Assembly (NCBI RefSeq): GCF_009914755.1
Contig: NC_060939.1
DNA length: 64,000 nt
From: the human T2T-CHM13v2.0 reference genome, Homo sapiens
Reading direction: 5' to 3' (one strand)
Part shown: in pieces, positions 27,801-42,700 of the stretch
How the letters are laid out: each line of letters begins with the position of its first letter
Numbering within the stretch: the stretch's first letter is position 1
Notes under the pieces: generated by a model
Seen by the model: the letters and a program-made list of their open reading frames with translations, nothing else
Databases searched by the model: none
What the model was told of the DNA's origin: nothing
Position numbers and translations under genes: made by a program

Positions 27801-30800
27801 CTATTGCCTTCCATTCCATTCCATTCAATTACATTCCATGCGATTCCATTCGAAATCGAATCAATTACATTGCAATCCATTACTATTGAGTCCGTTTTAT
27901 TCCAGTCCACTGCATTCTGGTCCATTCCATTTGATTCCATTCCATTCTATTCCATTCCATACAGTTGCATTCCATTGGATTCCATGCTATATCTATAAAT
28001 TCAATTCGAGACCATTGCTTTTGAGTCCATTCTATATGATTCCATTCCATTCAAGTCCATTACATTTGGTTCAATTCCATTCCATTCCATTCCCTTCCAT
28101 TCCATTCCATTTGATATCAATCCATTCGATTCCATTCCATTCGAGCACATTCCATTCGAGTCCATTCCATTCGATGCCATTCCATTTGATTCTATTCCAT
28201 TAGTCTCCATTCAATTCCATTAATCTCCATTCCATTCCATTCTACTCCAACTGATTCCATTCCATTCTATTCCTTTCCATTCCATTTCATTCCATTCCAT
28301 TCCATTTCATTCCATTCCATTCCATTCGCGTCCATTCCACTCCAGTCCATTCCATTCGTGTCCATTCCATTCCAGTCCATTCCATTTGTGTCCACTGCAT
28401 TCCATTCCACTCCATTCCATATGATTCCATTACACTCCATTCCATTCTATTACTTTCATTTCCATTCAATTCCATTCCATTTGATTCCATTCCACTCGGT
28501 TTCATTCCATTTGAGTCCACTCCATTCCATTCCATTCCATTCCATTCAGTTCCATTCCATTCTGTTCCATTCCATTCCGTTCCATTACATTCCATTCCAT
28601 TCGGTACCATTCCATATTGTTCCATTCGATTCCATTCGAATCCATTCCATTCCAGTCCATTCCATTCGATTCCATTCCATTCATTTCAATTCCATTCCAT
28701 TCCATTCCATTACATTCCACTTGATTCCTCTCCATTCCCTTCCACTGCATTCCGTTCGATTCCATTCCATTGCATTGCATTCCATTCCATTGGATTGCAT
28801 TCCATTCGATTCCATTCCATTCGAATCAATTACATAGCAATCCATTACATTCGAGTCTATTCTCTTCCGATCCATTCGATTTCGTTCCAATCCATTCGAT
28901 TCCATTCCATTCGATTCCATTCCATACTATTGCATTCCATTCGATTACATTATATTCGAATAAGTTCCATTCAAGACCATTTCTTTTGAGTCCATTCTAT
29001 TTGAGTCCATTCCCTTTGATTCCATAACATTTGAGTCCATTCAATTCCATTCCTTTCGTTTCCATTCCATTTGATGCCATTCCATTCAATTCTGTTCTAC
29101 TCGACTCCAATACATTCAATTCCATTCCATCCGATTCCATTACATTCTTTTCATTTCTTATCCATTTCAAGCCATTCCACTCCATTCCATTCCACTCGTT
29201 TCCTTTCCATTCGAGTCCATTCCTCTCCAGTCCATTCCGTTCAATCCATTCCATTCCAGTCCATTCCATTCGAGTCCGTTCCATTCCAGTCCATTCCATT
29301 CGAGTCAATTCCATTCCATTCGATGTCTTTCCATAACGATCCATTCCATTCTATTCCTTTCGATTCCATTCCATTCTATTTCATTCCATTCGATTCCCTT
29401 CCATTGGACTCCTTTCCATTAGAGTGCATTCCATTCCTTTCCATTTCTTTCCGTTCTGTACGATTCCTACCGTTCGATTTCATTTTGTTCCAGTCCATTC
29501 CTTTCGCGTCCATTCCATTCCATTTCACTACATTCGATTCCATTCCATTCGATTCCATTCTACTCGATTCCACTTCGTTCCATTTCATTGCATTCCATTC
29601 TATTCAACTCTATTGCCTTCCATTCCATTCCATTCGATTACATTCCATGCGATTCCATTCGAAATCGAATCAATTACATTGCAATCCATTACTATTGAGT
29701 CCGTTTTATTCCAGTCCACTGCTTTCTGGTCCATTCCATTTGATTCCATTCCATTCTATTCCATTCCATACAGTTGCATTCCATTGGATTCCATGCTATA
29801 TCTATAAATTCAATTCGAGACCATTGCTTTTGAGTCCATTCTATATGATTCCATTCCATTCAAGTCCATTACATTTGGTTCAATTCCATTCCATTCCATT
29901 CCCTTCCATTACATTCCATTTGATATCAATCCATTCGATTCCATTCCATTCGAGCACATTCCATTCGAGTCCATTCCATTCGATGCCATTCCATTTGATT
30001 CTATTCCATTAGTCTCCATTCAATTCCATTAATCTCCATTCCATTCCATTCTACTCCAACTGATTCCATTCCATTCTATTCCTTTCCATTCCATTTCATT
30101 GCATTCCATTCCATTTCATTCCATTCCATTCCATTCGTGTCCATTCCACTCCAGTCCATTCCATTCGTGTCCATTCCATTCCAGTCCATTCCATTTGTGT
30201 CCACTGCATTCCATTCCACTCCATTCCATATTATTCCATTACTCTCCATTCCATTCTATTACTTTCATTTCCATTCAATTCCATTCCATTTGATTCCATT
30301 CCACTCGGTTTCATTCCATTTGAGTCCACTCCATTCCATTCCATTCCATTCCATTCAGTTCCATTCCATTCTGTTCCATTCCATTCCGTTCCATTACATT
30401 CCATTCCATTCGGTACCATTCCATATTGTTCCATTCGATTCCATTCGAATCCATTCCATTCCAGTCCATTCCATTCGATTCCATTCCATTCATTTCAATT
30501 CCATTCCATTCCATTCCATTACATTCCACTTGATTCCTCTCCATTCCCTTCCACTGCATTCCGTTCGATTCCATTCCATCGCATTGCATTCCATTCCATT
30601 GGATTGCATTCCTTTCGATTCCATTCCATTCGAATCAATTACATAGCAATCCATTACATTCGAGTCTATTCTCTTCCGTTCCATTCGATTTCGTTCCAAT
30701 CCATTCGATTCCATTCCATTCGATTCCATTCCATACTATTGCATTCCATTCGATTACATTATATTCGAATAAGTTCCATTCAAGACCATTTCTTTTGAGT

Positions 30801-30839
30801 CCATTCTATTTGAGTCCATTCCCTTTGATTCCATAACAT
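12842..30839 (+). repeat. Tandem higher-order repeat: 2 copies of an 8999-bp 5-unit block (1794+1793+1809+1794+1809)
   Basis: The unit-length pattern repeats exactly (12842-21840 and 21841-30839). Shared rare variants sit at offset 8999: the 1-bp deletion cluster at 15205/24204, AATCCTTTCC ~14850/23849, TAGAGTGC 20421/29420, TACTCTCC 21241/30240. Confidence 0.93.
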
Positions 30840-33800
30840 TTGAGTCCATTCAATTCCATTCCTTTCGTTTCCATTCCATTTGATGCCATTCCATTCAATT
30901 CTGTTCTACTCGACTCCAATACATTCAATTCCATTCCATCCGATTCCATTACATTCTTTTCATTTCTTATCCATTTCAAGCCATTCCACTCCATTCCATT
31001 CCACTCGTTTCCTTTCCATTCGAGTCCATTCCTCTCCAGTCCATTCCGTTCAATCCATTCCATTCCAGTCCATTCCATTCGAGTCCGTTCCATTCCAGTC
31101 CATTCCATTCGAGTCAATTCCATCCCATTCGATGTCTTTCCATAACGATCCATTCCATTCTATTCCTTTTGATTCCATTCCATTCTATTTCATTCCATTC
31201 GATTCCCTTCCATTGGACTCCTTTCCATTCGAGTGCATTCCATTCCGTTCCATTTCTTTCCGTTCTGTACGATTCCTACCGTTCAATTTCATTTTGTTCC
31301 AGTCCATTCCTTTCGCGTCCATTCCATTCCATTTCACTCCATTCGATTCCATTCCACTCGATTCCACTTCGTTCCATTTCATTGCATTCCATTCTATTCA
31401 ACTCTATTGCCTTCCATTCCATTCCATTCGATTACATTCCATGCGATTCCATTCGAAATCGAATCAATTACATTGCAATCCATTACTATTGAGTCCGTTT
31501 TATTCCAGTCCACTGCATTCTGGTCCATTCCATTTGATTCCATTCCATTCTATTCCATTCCATACAGTTGCATTCCATTGGATTCCATGCTATATCTATA
31601 AATTCAATTCGAGACCATTGCTTTTGAGTCCATTCTATATGATTCCATTCCATTCAAGTCCATTACATTTGGTTCAATTCCATTCCATTCCATTCCCTTC
31701 CATTCCATTCCATTTGATATCAATCCATTCGATTCCATTCCATTCGAGCCCATTCCATTCCACTCCATTCCATTCGATGCCATTCCATTTGATTCTATTC
31801 CATTAGTCTCCATTCAATTCCATTAATCTCCATTCCATTCCATTCTACTCCAACTGATTCCATTTCATTCTATTCCTTTCCATTCCATTTCATTCCATTC
31901 CATTCCATTCGTGTCCATTCCACTCCAGTCCATTCCATTCGTGTCCATTCCATTCCAGTCCATTCCATTTGTGTCCACTGCATTCCATTCCACTCCATTC
32001 CATATTATTCCATTACACTCCATTCCATTCTATTACTTTCATTTCCATTCAATTCCATTCCATTTGATTCCATTCCACTCGGTTTCATTCCATTTGAGTC
32101 CACTCCATTCCATTCCATTCCATTCCATTCAGTTCCATTCCATTCTGTTCCATTCCATTCCGTTCCATTACATTCCATTCCATTCGGTACCATTCCATAT
32201 TGTTCCATTCGATTCCATTCGAATCCATTCCATTCCAGTCCATTCCATTCGATTCCATTCCATTCATTTCAATTCCATTCCATTCCATTCCATTCCATTC
32301 CACTTGATCCCTCTCCATTCCCTTCCACTGCATTCCGTTCGATTCCATTCCATTGCATTGCATTCCATTCCATTGGATTGCATTCCATTCCATTCCATTC
32401 CATTCGAATCAATTACATAGCAATCCATTACATTCGAGTCTATTCTATTCCGTTCCATTCGATTTCGTTCCAATCCATTCGATTCCATTCCATTCGATTC
32501 CATTCCATACTATTGCATTCCATTCGATTAGATTATATTCGAATAAGTTCCATTCAAGACCATTTCTTTTGAGTCCATTCTATTTGAGTCCATTCCCTTT
32601 GATTCCATAACATTTGAGTCCATTCAATTCCATTCCTTTCGTTTCCATTCCATTTGATGCCATTCCATTCAATTCTGTTCTACTCGACTCCAATACATTC
32701 AATTCCATTCCATCCGATTCCATTACATTCTTTTCATTTCTTATCCATTTCAAGCCATTCCACTCCATTCCATTCCACTCGTTTCCTTTCCATTCGAGTC
32801 CATTCCTCTCCAGTCCATTCCGTTCAATCCATTCCATTCCAGTCCATTCCATTCGAGTCCGTTCCATTCCAGTCCATTCCATTCGAGTCAATTCCATTCC
32901 ATTCGATGTCTTTCCATAACGATCCATTCCATTCTATTCCTTTCGATTCCATTCCATTCTATTTCATTCCATTCGATTCCCTTCCATTGGACTCCTTTCC
33001 ATTCGAGTGCATTCCATTCCTTTCCATTTCTTTCCGTTCTGTACGATTCCTACCGTTCGATTTCATTTTGTTCCAGTCCATTCCTTTCGCGTCCATTCCA
33101 TTCCATTTCACTACATTCGATTCCATTCCATTCGATTCCATTCTACTCGATTCCACTTCGTTCCATTTCATTGCATTCCATTCTATTCAACTCTATTGCC
33201 TTCCATTCCATTCCATTCGATTACATTCCATGCGATTCCATTCGAAATCGAATCAATTACATTGCAATCCATTACTATTGAGTCCGTTTTATTCCAGTCC
33301 ACTGCTTTCTGGTCCATTCCATTTGATTCCATTCCATTCTATTCCATTCCATACAGTTGCATTCCATTGGATTCCATGCTATATCTATAAATTCAATTCG
33401 AGACCATTGCTTTTGAGTCCATTCTATATGATTCCATTCCATTCAAGTCCATTACATTTGGTTCAATTCCATTCCATTCCATTCCCTTCCATTACATTCC
33501 ATTTGATATCAATCCATTCGATTCCATTCCATTCGAGCACATTCCATTCGAGTCCATTCCATTCGATGCCATTCCATTTGATTCTATTCCATTAGTCTCC
33601 ATTCAATTCCATTAATCTCCATTCCATTCCATTCTACTCCAACTGATTCCATTCCATTCTATTCCTTTCCATTCCATTTCATTCCATTCCATTCCATTTC
33701 ATTCCATTCCATTCCATTCGTGTCCATTCCACTCCAGTCCATTCCATTCGTGTCCATTCCATTCCAGTCCATTCCATTTGTGTCCACTGCATTCCATTCC

Positions 33801-36800
33801 ACTCCATTCCATATTATTCCATTACACTCCATTCCATTCTATTACTTTCATTTCCATTCAATTCCATTCCATTTGATTCCATTCCACTCGGTTTCATTCC
33901 ATTTGAGTCCACTCCATTCCATTCCATTCCATTCCATTCAGTTCCATTCCATTCTGTTCCATTCCATTCCGTTCCATTACATTCCATTCCATTCGGTACC
34001 ATTCCATATTGTTCCATTCGATTCCATTCGAATCCATTCCATTCCAGTCCATTCCATTCGATTCCATTCCATTCATTTCAATTCCATTCCATTCCATTCC
34101 ATTACATTCCACTTGATTCCTCTCCATTCCCTTCCACTGCATTCCGTTCGATTCCATTCCATTGCATTGCATTCCATTCCATTGGATTGCATTCCTTTCG
34201 ATTCCATTCCATTCGAATCAATTACATAGCAATCCATTACATTCGAGTCTATTCTCTTCCGTTCCATTCGATTTCGTTCCAATCCATTCGATTCCATTCC
34301 ATTCGATTCCATTCCATACTATTGCATTCCATTCGATTACATTATATTCGAATAAGTTCCATTCAAGACCATTTCTTTTGAGTCCATTCTATTTGAGTCC
34401 ATTCCCTTTGATTCCATAACATTTGAGTCCATTCAATTCCATTCCTTTCGTTTCCATTCCATTTGATGCCATTCCATTCAATTCTGTTCTACTCGACTCC
34501 AATACATTCAATTCCATTCCATCCGATTCCATTACATTCTTTTCATTTCTTATCCATTTCAAGCCATTCCACTCCATTCCATTCCACTCGTTTCCTTTCC
34601 ATTCGAGTCCATTCCTCTCCAGTCCATTCCGTTCAATCCATTCCATTCCAGTCCATTCCATTCGAGTCCGTTCCATTCCAGTCCATTCCATTCGAGTCAA
34701 TTCCATCCCATTCGATGTCTTTCCATAACGATCCATTCCATTCTATTCCTTTTGATTCCATTCCATTCTATTTCATTCCATTCGATTCCCTTCCATTGGA
34801 CTCCTTTCCATTCGAGTGCATTCCATTCCGTTCCATTTCTTTCCGTTCTGTACGATTCCTACCGTTCGATTTCATTTTGTTCCAGTCCATTCCTTTCGCG
34901 TCCATTCCATTCCATTTCACTCCATTCGATTCCATTCCACTCGATTCCACTTCGTTCCATTTCATTGCATTCCATTCTATTCAACTCTATTGCCTTCCAT
35001 TCCATTCCATTCGATTACATTCCATGCGATTCCATTCGAAATCGAATCAATTACATTGCAATCCATTACTATTGAGTCCGTTTTATTCCAGTCCACTGCA
35101 TTCTGGTCCATTCCATTTGATTCCATTCCATTCTATTCCATTCCATACAGTTGCATTCCATTGGATTCCATGCTATATCTATAAATTCAATTCGAGACCA
35201 TTGCTTTTGAGTCCATTCTATACGATTCCATTCCATTCAAGTCCATTACATTTGGTTCAATTCCATTCCATTCCATTCCCTTCCATTCCATTCCATTTGA
35301 TATCAATCCATTCGATTCCATTCCATTCGAGCCCATTCCATTCCACTCCATTCCATTCGATGCCATTCCATTTGATTCTATTCCATTAGTCTCCATTCAA
35401 TTCCATTAATCTCCATTCCATTCCATTCTACTCCAACTGATTCCATTTCATTCTATTCCTTTCCATTCCATTTCATTCCATTCCATTCCATTCGTGTCCA
35501 TTCCACTCCAGTCCATTCCATTCGTGTCCATTCCATTCCAGTCCATTCCATTTGTGTCCACTGCATTCCATTCCACTCCATTCCATATTATTCCATTACA
35601 CTCCATTCCATTCTATTACTTTCATTTCCATTCAATTCCATTCCATTTGATTCCATTCCACTCGGTTTCATTCCATTTGAGTCCACTCCATTCCATTCCA
35701 TTCCATTCCATTCAGTTCCATTCCATTCTGTTCCATTCCATTCCGTTCCATTACATTCCATTCCATTCGGTACCATTCCATATTGTTCCATTCGATTCCA
35801 TTCGAATCCATTCCATTCCAGTCCATTCCATTCGATTCCATTCCATTCATTTCAATTCCATTCCATTCCATTCCATTCCATTCCACTTGATCCCTCTCCA
35901 TTCCCTTCCACTGCATTCCGTTCGATTCCATTCCATTGCATTGCATTCCATTCCATTGGATTGCATTCCATTCCATTCCATTCCATTCGAATCAATTACA
36001 TAGCAATCCATTACATTCGAGTCTATTCTATTCCGTTCCATTCGATTTCGTTCCAATCCATTCGATTCCATTCCATTCGATTCCATTCCATACTATTGCA
36101 TTCCATTCGATTAGATTATATTCGAATAAGTTCCATTCAAGACCATTTCTTTTGAGTCCATTCTATTTGAGTCCATTCCCTTTGATTCCATAACATTTGA
36201 GTCCATTCAATTCCATTCCTTTCGTTTCCATTCCATTTGATGCCATTCCATTCAATTCTGTTCTACTCGACTCCAATACATTCAATTCCATTCCATCCAA
36301 TTCCATTACATTCTTTTCATTTCTTATCCATTTCAAGCCATTCCACTCCATTCCATTCCACTCGTTTCCTTTCCATTCGAGTCCATTCCTCTCCAGTCCA
36401 TTCCGTTCAATCCATTCCATTCCAGTCCATTCCATTCGAGTCCGTTCCATTCCAGTCCATTCCATTCGAGTCAATTCCATTCCATTCGATGTCTTTCCAT
36501 AACGATCCATTCCATTCTATTCCTTTCGATTCCATTCCATTCTATTTCATTCCATTCGATTCCCTTCCATTGGACTCCTTTCCATTCGAGTGCATTCCAT
36601 TCCTTTCCATTTCTTTCCGTTCTGTACGATTCCTACCGTTCGATTTCATTTTGTTCCAGTCCATTCCTTTCGCGTCCATTCCATTCCATTTCACTACATT
36701 CGATTCCATTCCATTCGATTCCATTCTACTCGATTCCACTTCGTTCCATTTCATTGCATTCCATTCTATTCAACTCTATTGCCTTCCATTCCATTCCATT

Positions 36801-39779
36801 CGATTACATTCCATGCGATTCCATTCGAAATCGAATCAATTACATTGCAATCCATTACTATTGAGTCCGTTTTATTCCAGTCCACTGCTTTCTGGTCCAT
36901 TCCATTTGATTCCATTCCATTCTATTCCATTCCATACAGTTGCATTCCATTGGATTCCATGCTATATCTATAAATTCAATTCGAGACCATTGCTTTTGAG
37001 TCCATTCTATATGATTCCATTCCATTCAAGTCCATTACATTTGGTTCAATTCCATTCCATTCCATTCCCTTCCATTACATTCCATTTGATATCAATCCAT
37101 TCGATTCCATTCCATTCGAGCACATTCCATTCGAGTCCATTCCATTCGATGCCATTCCATTTGATTCTATTCCATTAGTCTCCATTCAATTCCATTAATC
37201 TCCATTCCATTCCATTCTACTCCAACTGATTCCATTCCATTCTATTCCTTTCCATTCCATTTCATTCCATTCCATTCCATTTCATTCCATTCCATTCCAT
37301 TCGTGTCCATTCCACTCCAGTCTATTCCATTCGTGTCCATTCCATTCCAGTCCATTCCATTTGTGTCCACTGCATTCCATTCCACTCCATTCCATATTAT
37401 TCCATTACACTCCATTCCATTCTATTACTTTCATTTCCATTCAATTCCATTCCATTTGATTCCATTCCACTCGGTTTCATTCCATTTGAGTCCACTCCAT
37501 TCCATTCCATTCCATTCCATTCAGTTCCATTCCATTCTGTTCCATTCCATTCCGTTCCATTACATTCCATTCCATTCGGTACCATTCCATATTGTTCCAT
37601 TCGATTCCATTCGAATCCATTCCATTCCAGTCCATTCCATTCGATTCCATTCCATTCATTTCAATTCCATTCCATTCCATTCCATTACATTCCACTTGAT
37701 TCCTCTCCATTCCCTTCCACTGCATTCCGTTCGATTCCATTCCATTGCATTGCATTCCATTCCATTGGATTGCATTCCTTTCGATTCCATTCCATTCGAA
37801 TCAATTACATAGCAATCCATTACATTCGAGTCTATTCTCTTCCGTTCCATTCGATTTCGTTCCAATCCATTCGATTCCATTCCATTCGATTCCATTCCAT
37901 ACTATTGCATTCCATTCGATTACATTATATTCGAATAAGTTCCATTCAAGACCATTTCTTTTGAGTCCATTCTATTTGAGTCCATTCCCTTTGATTCCAT
38001 AACATTTGAGTCCATTCAATTCCATTCCTTTCGTTTCCATTCCATTTGATGCCATTCCATTCAATTCTGTTCTACTCGACTCCAATACATTCAATTCCAT
38101 TCCATCCGATTCCATTACATTCTTTTCATTTCTTATCCATTTCAAGCCATTCCACTCCATTCCATTCCACTCGTTTCCTTTCCATTCGAGTCCATTCCTC
38201 TCCAGTCCATTCCGTTCAATCCATTCCATTCCAGTCCATTCCATTCGAGTCCGTTCCATTCCAGTCCATTCCATTCGAGTCAATTCCATCCCATTCGATG
38301 TCTTTCCATAACGATCCATTCCATTCTATTCCTTTTGATTCCATTCCATTCTATTTCATTCCATTCGATTCCCTTCCATTGGACTCCTTTCCATTCGAGT
38401 GCATTCCATTCCGTTCCATTTCTTTCCGTTCTGTACGATTCCTACCGTTCGATTTCATTTTGTTCCAGTCCATTCCTTTCGCGTCCATTCCATTCCATTT
38501 CACTCCATTCGATTCCATTCCACTCGATTCCACTTCGTTCCATTTCATTGCATTCCATTCTATTCAACTCTATTGCCTTCCATTCCATTCCATTCGATTA
38601 CATTCCATGCGATTCCATTCGAAATCGAATCAATTACATTGCAATCCAGTACTATTGAGTCCGTTTTATTCCAGTCCACTGCATTCTGGTCCATTCCATT
38701 TGATTCCATTCCATTCTATTCCATTCCATACAGTTGCATTCCATTGGATTCCATGCTATATCTATAAATTCAATTCGAGACCATTGCTTTTGAGTCCATT
38801 CTATATGATTCCATTCCATTCAAGTCCATTACATTTGGTTCAATTACATTCCATTCCATTCCCTTCCATTCCATTCCATTTGATATCAATCCATTCGATT
38901 CCTTTCCATTCGAGCACATTCCATTCCACTCCATTCCATTCGATGCCATTCCATTTGATTCTATTCCATTAGTCTCCATTCAATTCCATTAATCTCCATT
39001 CCATTCCATTCTACTCCAACTGATTCCATTTCATTCTATTCCTTTCCATTCCATTTCATTCCATTCCATTCCATTCGTGTCCATTCCACTCCAGTCCATT
39101 CCATTCGTGTCCATTCCATTCCAGTCCATTCCATTTGTGTCCACTGCATTCCATTCCACTCCATTCCATATTATTCCATTACACTCCATTCCATTCTATT
39201 ACTTTCATTTCCATTCAATTCCATTCCATTTGATTCCATTCCACTCGGTTTCATTCCATTTGAGTCCACTCCATTCCATTCCATTCCATTCCATTCAGTT
39301 CCATTCCATTCTGTTCCATTCCATTCCGTTCCATTACATTCCATTCCATTCGGTACCATTCCGTATTGTTCCATTCGATTCCATTCGAATCCATTCCATT
39401 CCAGTCCATTCCATTCGATTCCATTCCATTCATTTCAATTCCATTCCATTCCATTCCATTCCATTCCACTTGATTCCTCTCCATTCCCTTCCACTGCATT
39501 CCGTTCGATTCCATTCCATTGCATTGCATTCCATTCCATTGGATTGCATTCCATTCCATTCCATTCCATTCGAATCAATTACATAGCAATCCATTACATT
39601 CGAGTCTATTCTATTCCGTTCCATTCGATTTCGTTCCAATCCATTCGATTCCATTCCATTCGATTCCATTCCATACTATTGCATTCCATTCGATTAGATT
39701 ATATTCGAATAAGTTCCATTCAAGACCATTTCTTTTGAGTCCATTCTATTTGAGTCCATTCCCTTTGATTCCATAACAT
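30840..39779 (+). repeat. Tandem dimeric higher-order repeat, 3583-bp period (1774+1809), about 2.5 copies
   Basis: Anchor spacings are 1774, 1809, 1774, 1809, 1774. The 1774 units carry a 20-bp deletion plus CATTCCACTCC and TTTCATTCTA variants. The 1809 units carry a 15-bp insertion plus CACTACATTCG and CTGCTTTCTGG variants. Confidence 0.9.
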
Positions 39780-42700
39780 TTGAGTCCATTCAATTCCATT
39801 CCTTTCGTTTCCATTCCATTTGATGCCATTCCATTCAATTCTGTTCTACTCGACTCCAATACATTCAATTCCATTCCATCCGATTCCATTACATTCTTTT
39901 CATTTCTTATCCATTTCAAGCCATTCCACTCCATTCCATTCCACTCGTTTCCTTTCCATTCGAGTCCATTCCTCTCCAGTCCATTCCGTTCAATCCATTC
40001 CATTCCAGTCCATTCCATTCGAGTCCGTTCCATTCCAGTCCATTCCATTCGAGTCAATTCCATTCCATTCGATGTCTTTCCATAACGATCCATTCCATTC
40101 TATTCCTTTCGATTCCATTCCATTCTATTTCATTCCATTCGATTCCCTTCCATTGGACTCCTTTCCATTCGATTGCATTCCATTCCGTTCCATTTCTTTC
40201 CGTTCTGTACGATTCCTACCGTTCGATTTCATTTTGTTCCAGTCCATTCCTTTCGCGTCCATTCCATTCCATTTCACTCCATTCGATTCCATTCCACTCG
40301 ATTCCACTTCGTTCCATTTCATTGCATTCCATTCTATTCAACTCTATTGCCTTCCATTCCATTCCATTCGATTACATTCCATGCGATTCCATTCGAAATC
40401 GAATCAATTACATTGCAATCCATTACTATTGAGTCCGTTTTATTCCAGTCCACTGCATTCTGGTCCATTCCATTTGATTCCATTCCATTCTATTCCATTC
40501 CATACAGTTGCATTCCATTGGATTCCATGCTATATCTATAAATTCAATTCGAGACCATTGCTTTTGAGTCCATTCTATATGATTCCATTCCATTCAAGTC
40601 CATTACATTTGGTTCAATTCCATTCCATTCCATTCCGTTCCATTCCATTCCATTTGATATCAATCCATTCGATTCCATTCCATTCGAGCACATTCCATTC
40701 GAGTCCATTCCATTCGATGCCATTCCATTTGATTCTATTCGATTAGTCTCCATTCAATTCCATTAATCTCCATTCCATTCCATTCTACTCCAACTGATTC
40801 CATTCCATTCTATTCCTTTCCATTCCATTTCATTCCATTCCATTCCATTTCATTCCATTCCATTCCATTCGTGTCCATTCCACTCCAGTCCATTCCATTC
40901 GTGTCCATTCCATTCCAGTCCATTCCATTTGTGTCCACTGCATTCCATTCCACTCCATTCCATATTATTCCATTACACTCCATTCCATTCTATTACTTTC
41001 ATTTCCATTCAATTCCATTCCATTTGATTCCATTCTACTCGGTTTCATTCCATTTGAGTCCACTCCATTCCATTCCATTCCATTCCATTCAGTTCCATTC
41101 CATTCTGTTCCATTCCATTCCGTTCCATTACATTCCATTCCATTCGGTACCATTCCATATTGTTCCATTCGATTCCATTCGAATCCATTCCATTCCAGTC
41201 CATTCCATTCGATTCCATTCCATTCATTTCAATTCCATTCCATTCCATTCCATTACATTCCACTTGATTCCTCTCCATTCCCTTCCACTGCATTCCGTTC
41301 GATTCCATTCCATTGCATTGCATTCCATTCCAATGGATTGCATTCCATTCGATTCCATTCCATTCGAATCAATTACATAGCAATCCATTACATTCGAGTC
41401 TATTCTATTCCGTTCCATTCGATTTCGTTCCAATCCATTCGATTCCATTCCATTCGATTCCATTCCATACTATTGCATTCCATTCGATTACATTATATTC
41501 GAATAAGTTCCATTCAAGACCATTTCTTTTGAGTCCATTCTATTTGAGTCCATTCCCTTTGATTCCATAACATTTGAGTCCATTCAATTCCATTCCTTTC
41601 GTTTCCATTCCATTTGATGCCATTCCATTCAATTCTCTTCTACTCGACTCCAATACATTCAATTCCATTCCATCCGATTCCATTACATTCTTTTCATTTC
41701 TTATCCATTTCAAGCCATTCCACTCCATTCCATTCCACTCGTTTCCTTTCCATTCGAGTCCATTCCTCTCCAGTCCATTCCGTTCAATCCATTCCATTGC
41801 AGTCCATTCCATTCGAGTGCGTTCCATTCCAGTCCATTCTATTCGAGTCAATTTCATTCCATTCGATGTCTTTCCATAACGATCCATTCCATTCTATTCC
41901 TTTCGATTCCATTCCATTCTATTTCATTCCATTCGATTCCCTTCCATTGGACTCCTTTCCATTCGAGTGCATTCCATTCCTTTCCATTTCTTTCCGTTCT
42001 GTACGATTCCTACCGTTCGATTTCATTTTGTTCCAGTCCATTCCTTTCGCGTCCATTCCATTCCATTTCACTCCATTCGATTCCATTCCACTCGATTCCA
42101 CTTCGTTCCATTTCATTGCATTCCATTCTATTCAACTCTATTGCCTTCCATTCCATTCCATTCGATTACATTCCATGCGATTCCATTCGAAATCGAATCA
42201 ATTACATTGCAATCCATTACTATTGAGTCCGTTTTATTCCAGTCCACTGCATTCTGGTCCATTCCATTTGATTCCATTCCATTCTATTCCATTCCATACA
42301 GTTGCATTCCATTGGATTCCATGCTATATCTATAAATTCAATTCGAGACCATTGCTTTTGAGTCCATTCTATATGATTCCATTCCATTCAAGTCCATTAC
42401 ATTTGGTTCAATTCCATTCCATTCCATTCCCTTCCATTCCATTCCATTTGATATCAATCCATTCGATTCCATTCCATTCGAGCACATTCCATTCGAGTCC
42501 ATTCCATTCGATGCCATTCCATTTGATTCTATTCCATTAGTCTCCATTCAATTCCATTAATCTCCATTCCATTCCATTCTACTCCAACTGATTCCATTCC
42601 ATTCTATTCCTTTCCATTCCATTTCATTCCATTCCATTCCATTGCATTCCATTCCATTCCATTCGTGTCCATTCCACTCCAGTCCATTCCATTCGTGTCC

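Noticed and set aside
30840-38005. ~3.6-kb period suggesting the Y-chromosome DYZ1 satellite
   Set aside because: Here the 3583-bp period is simply two nearly identical 1.8-kb units and is only local. The fundamental period is 1794 bp.
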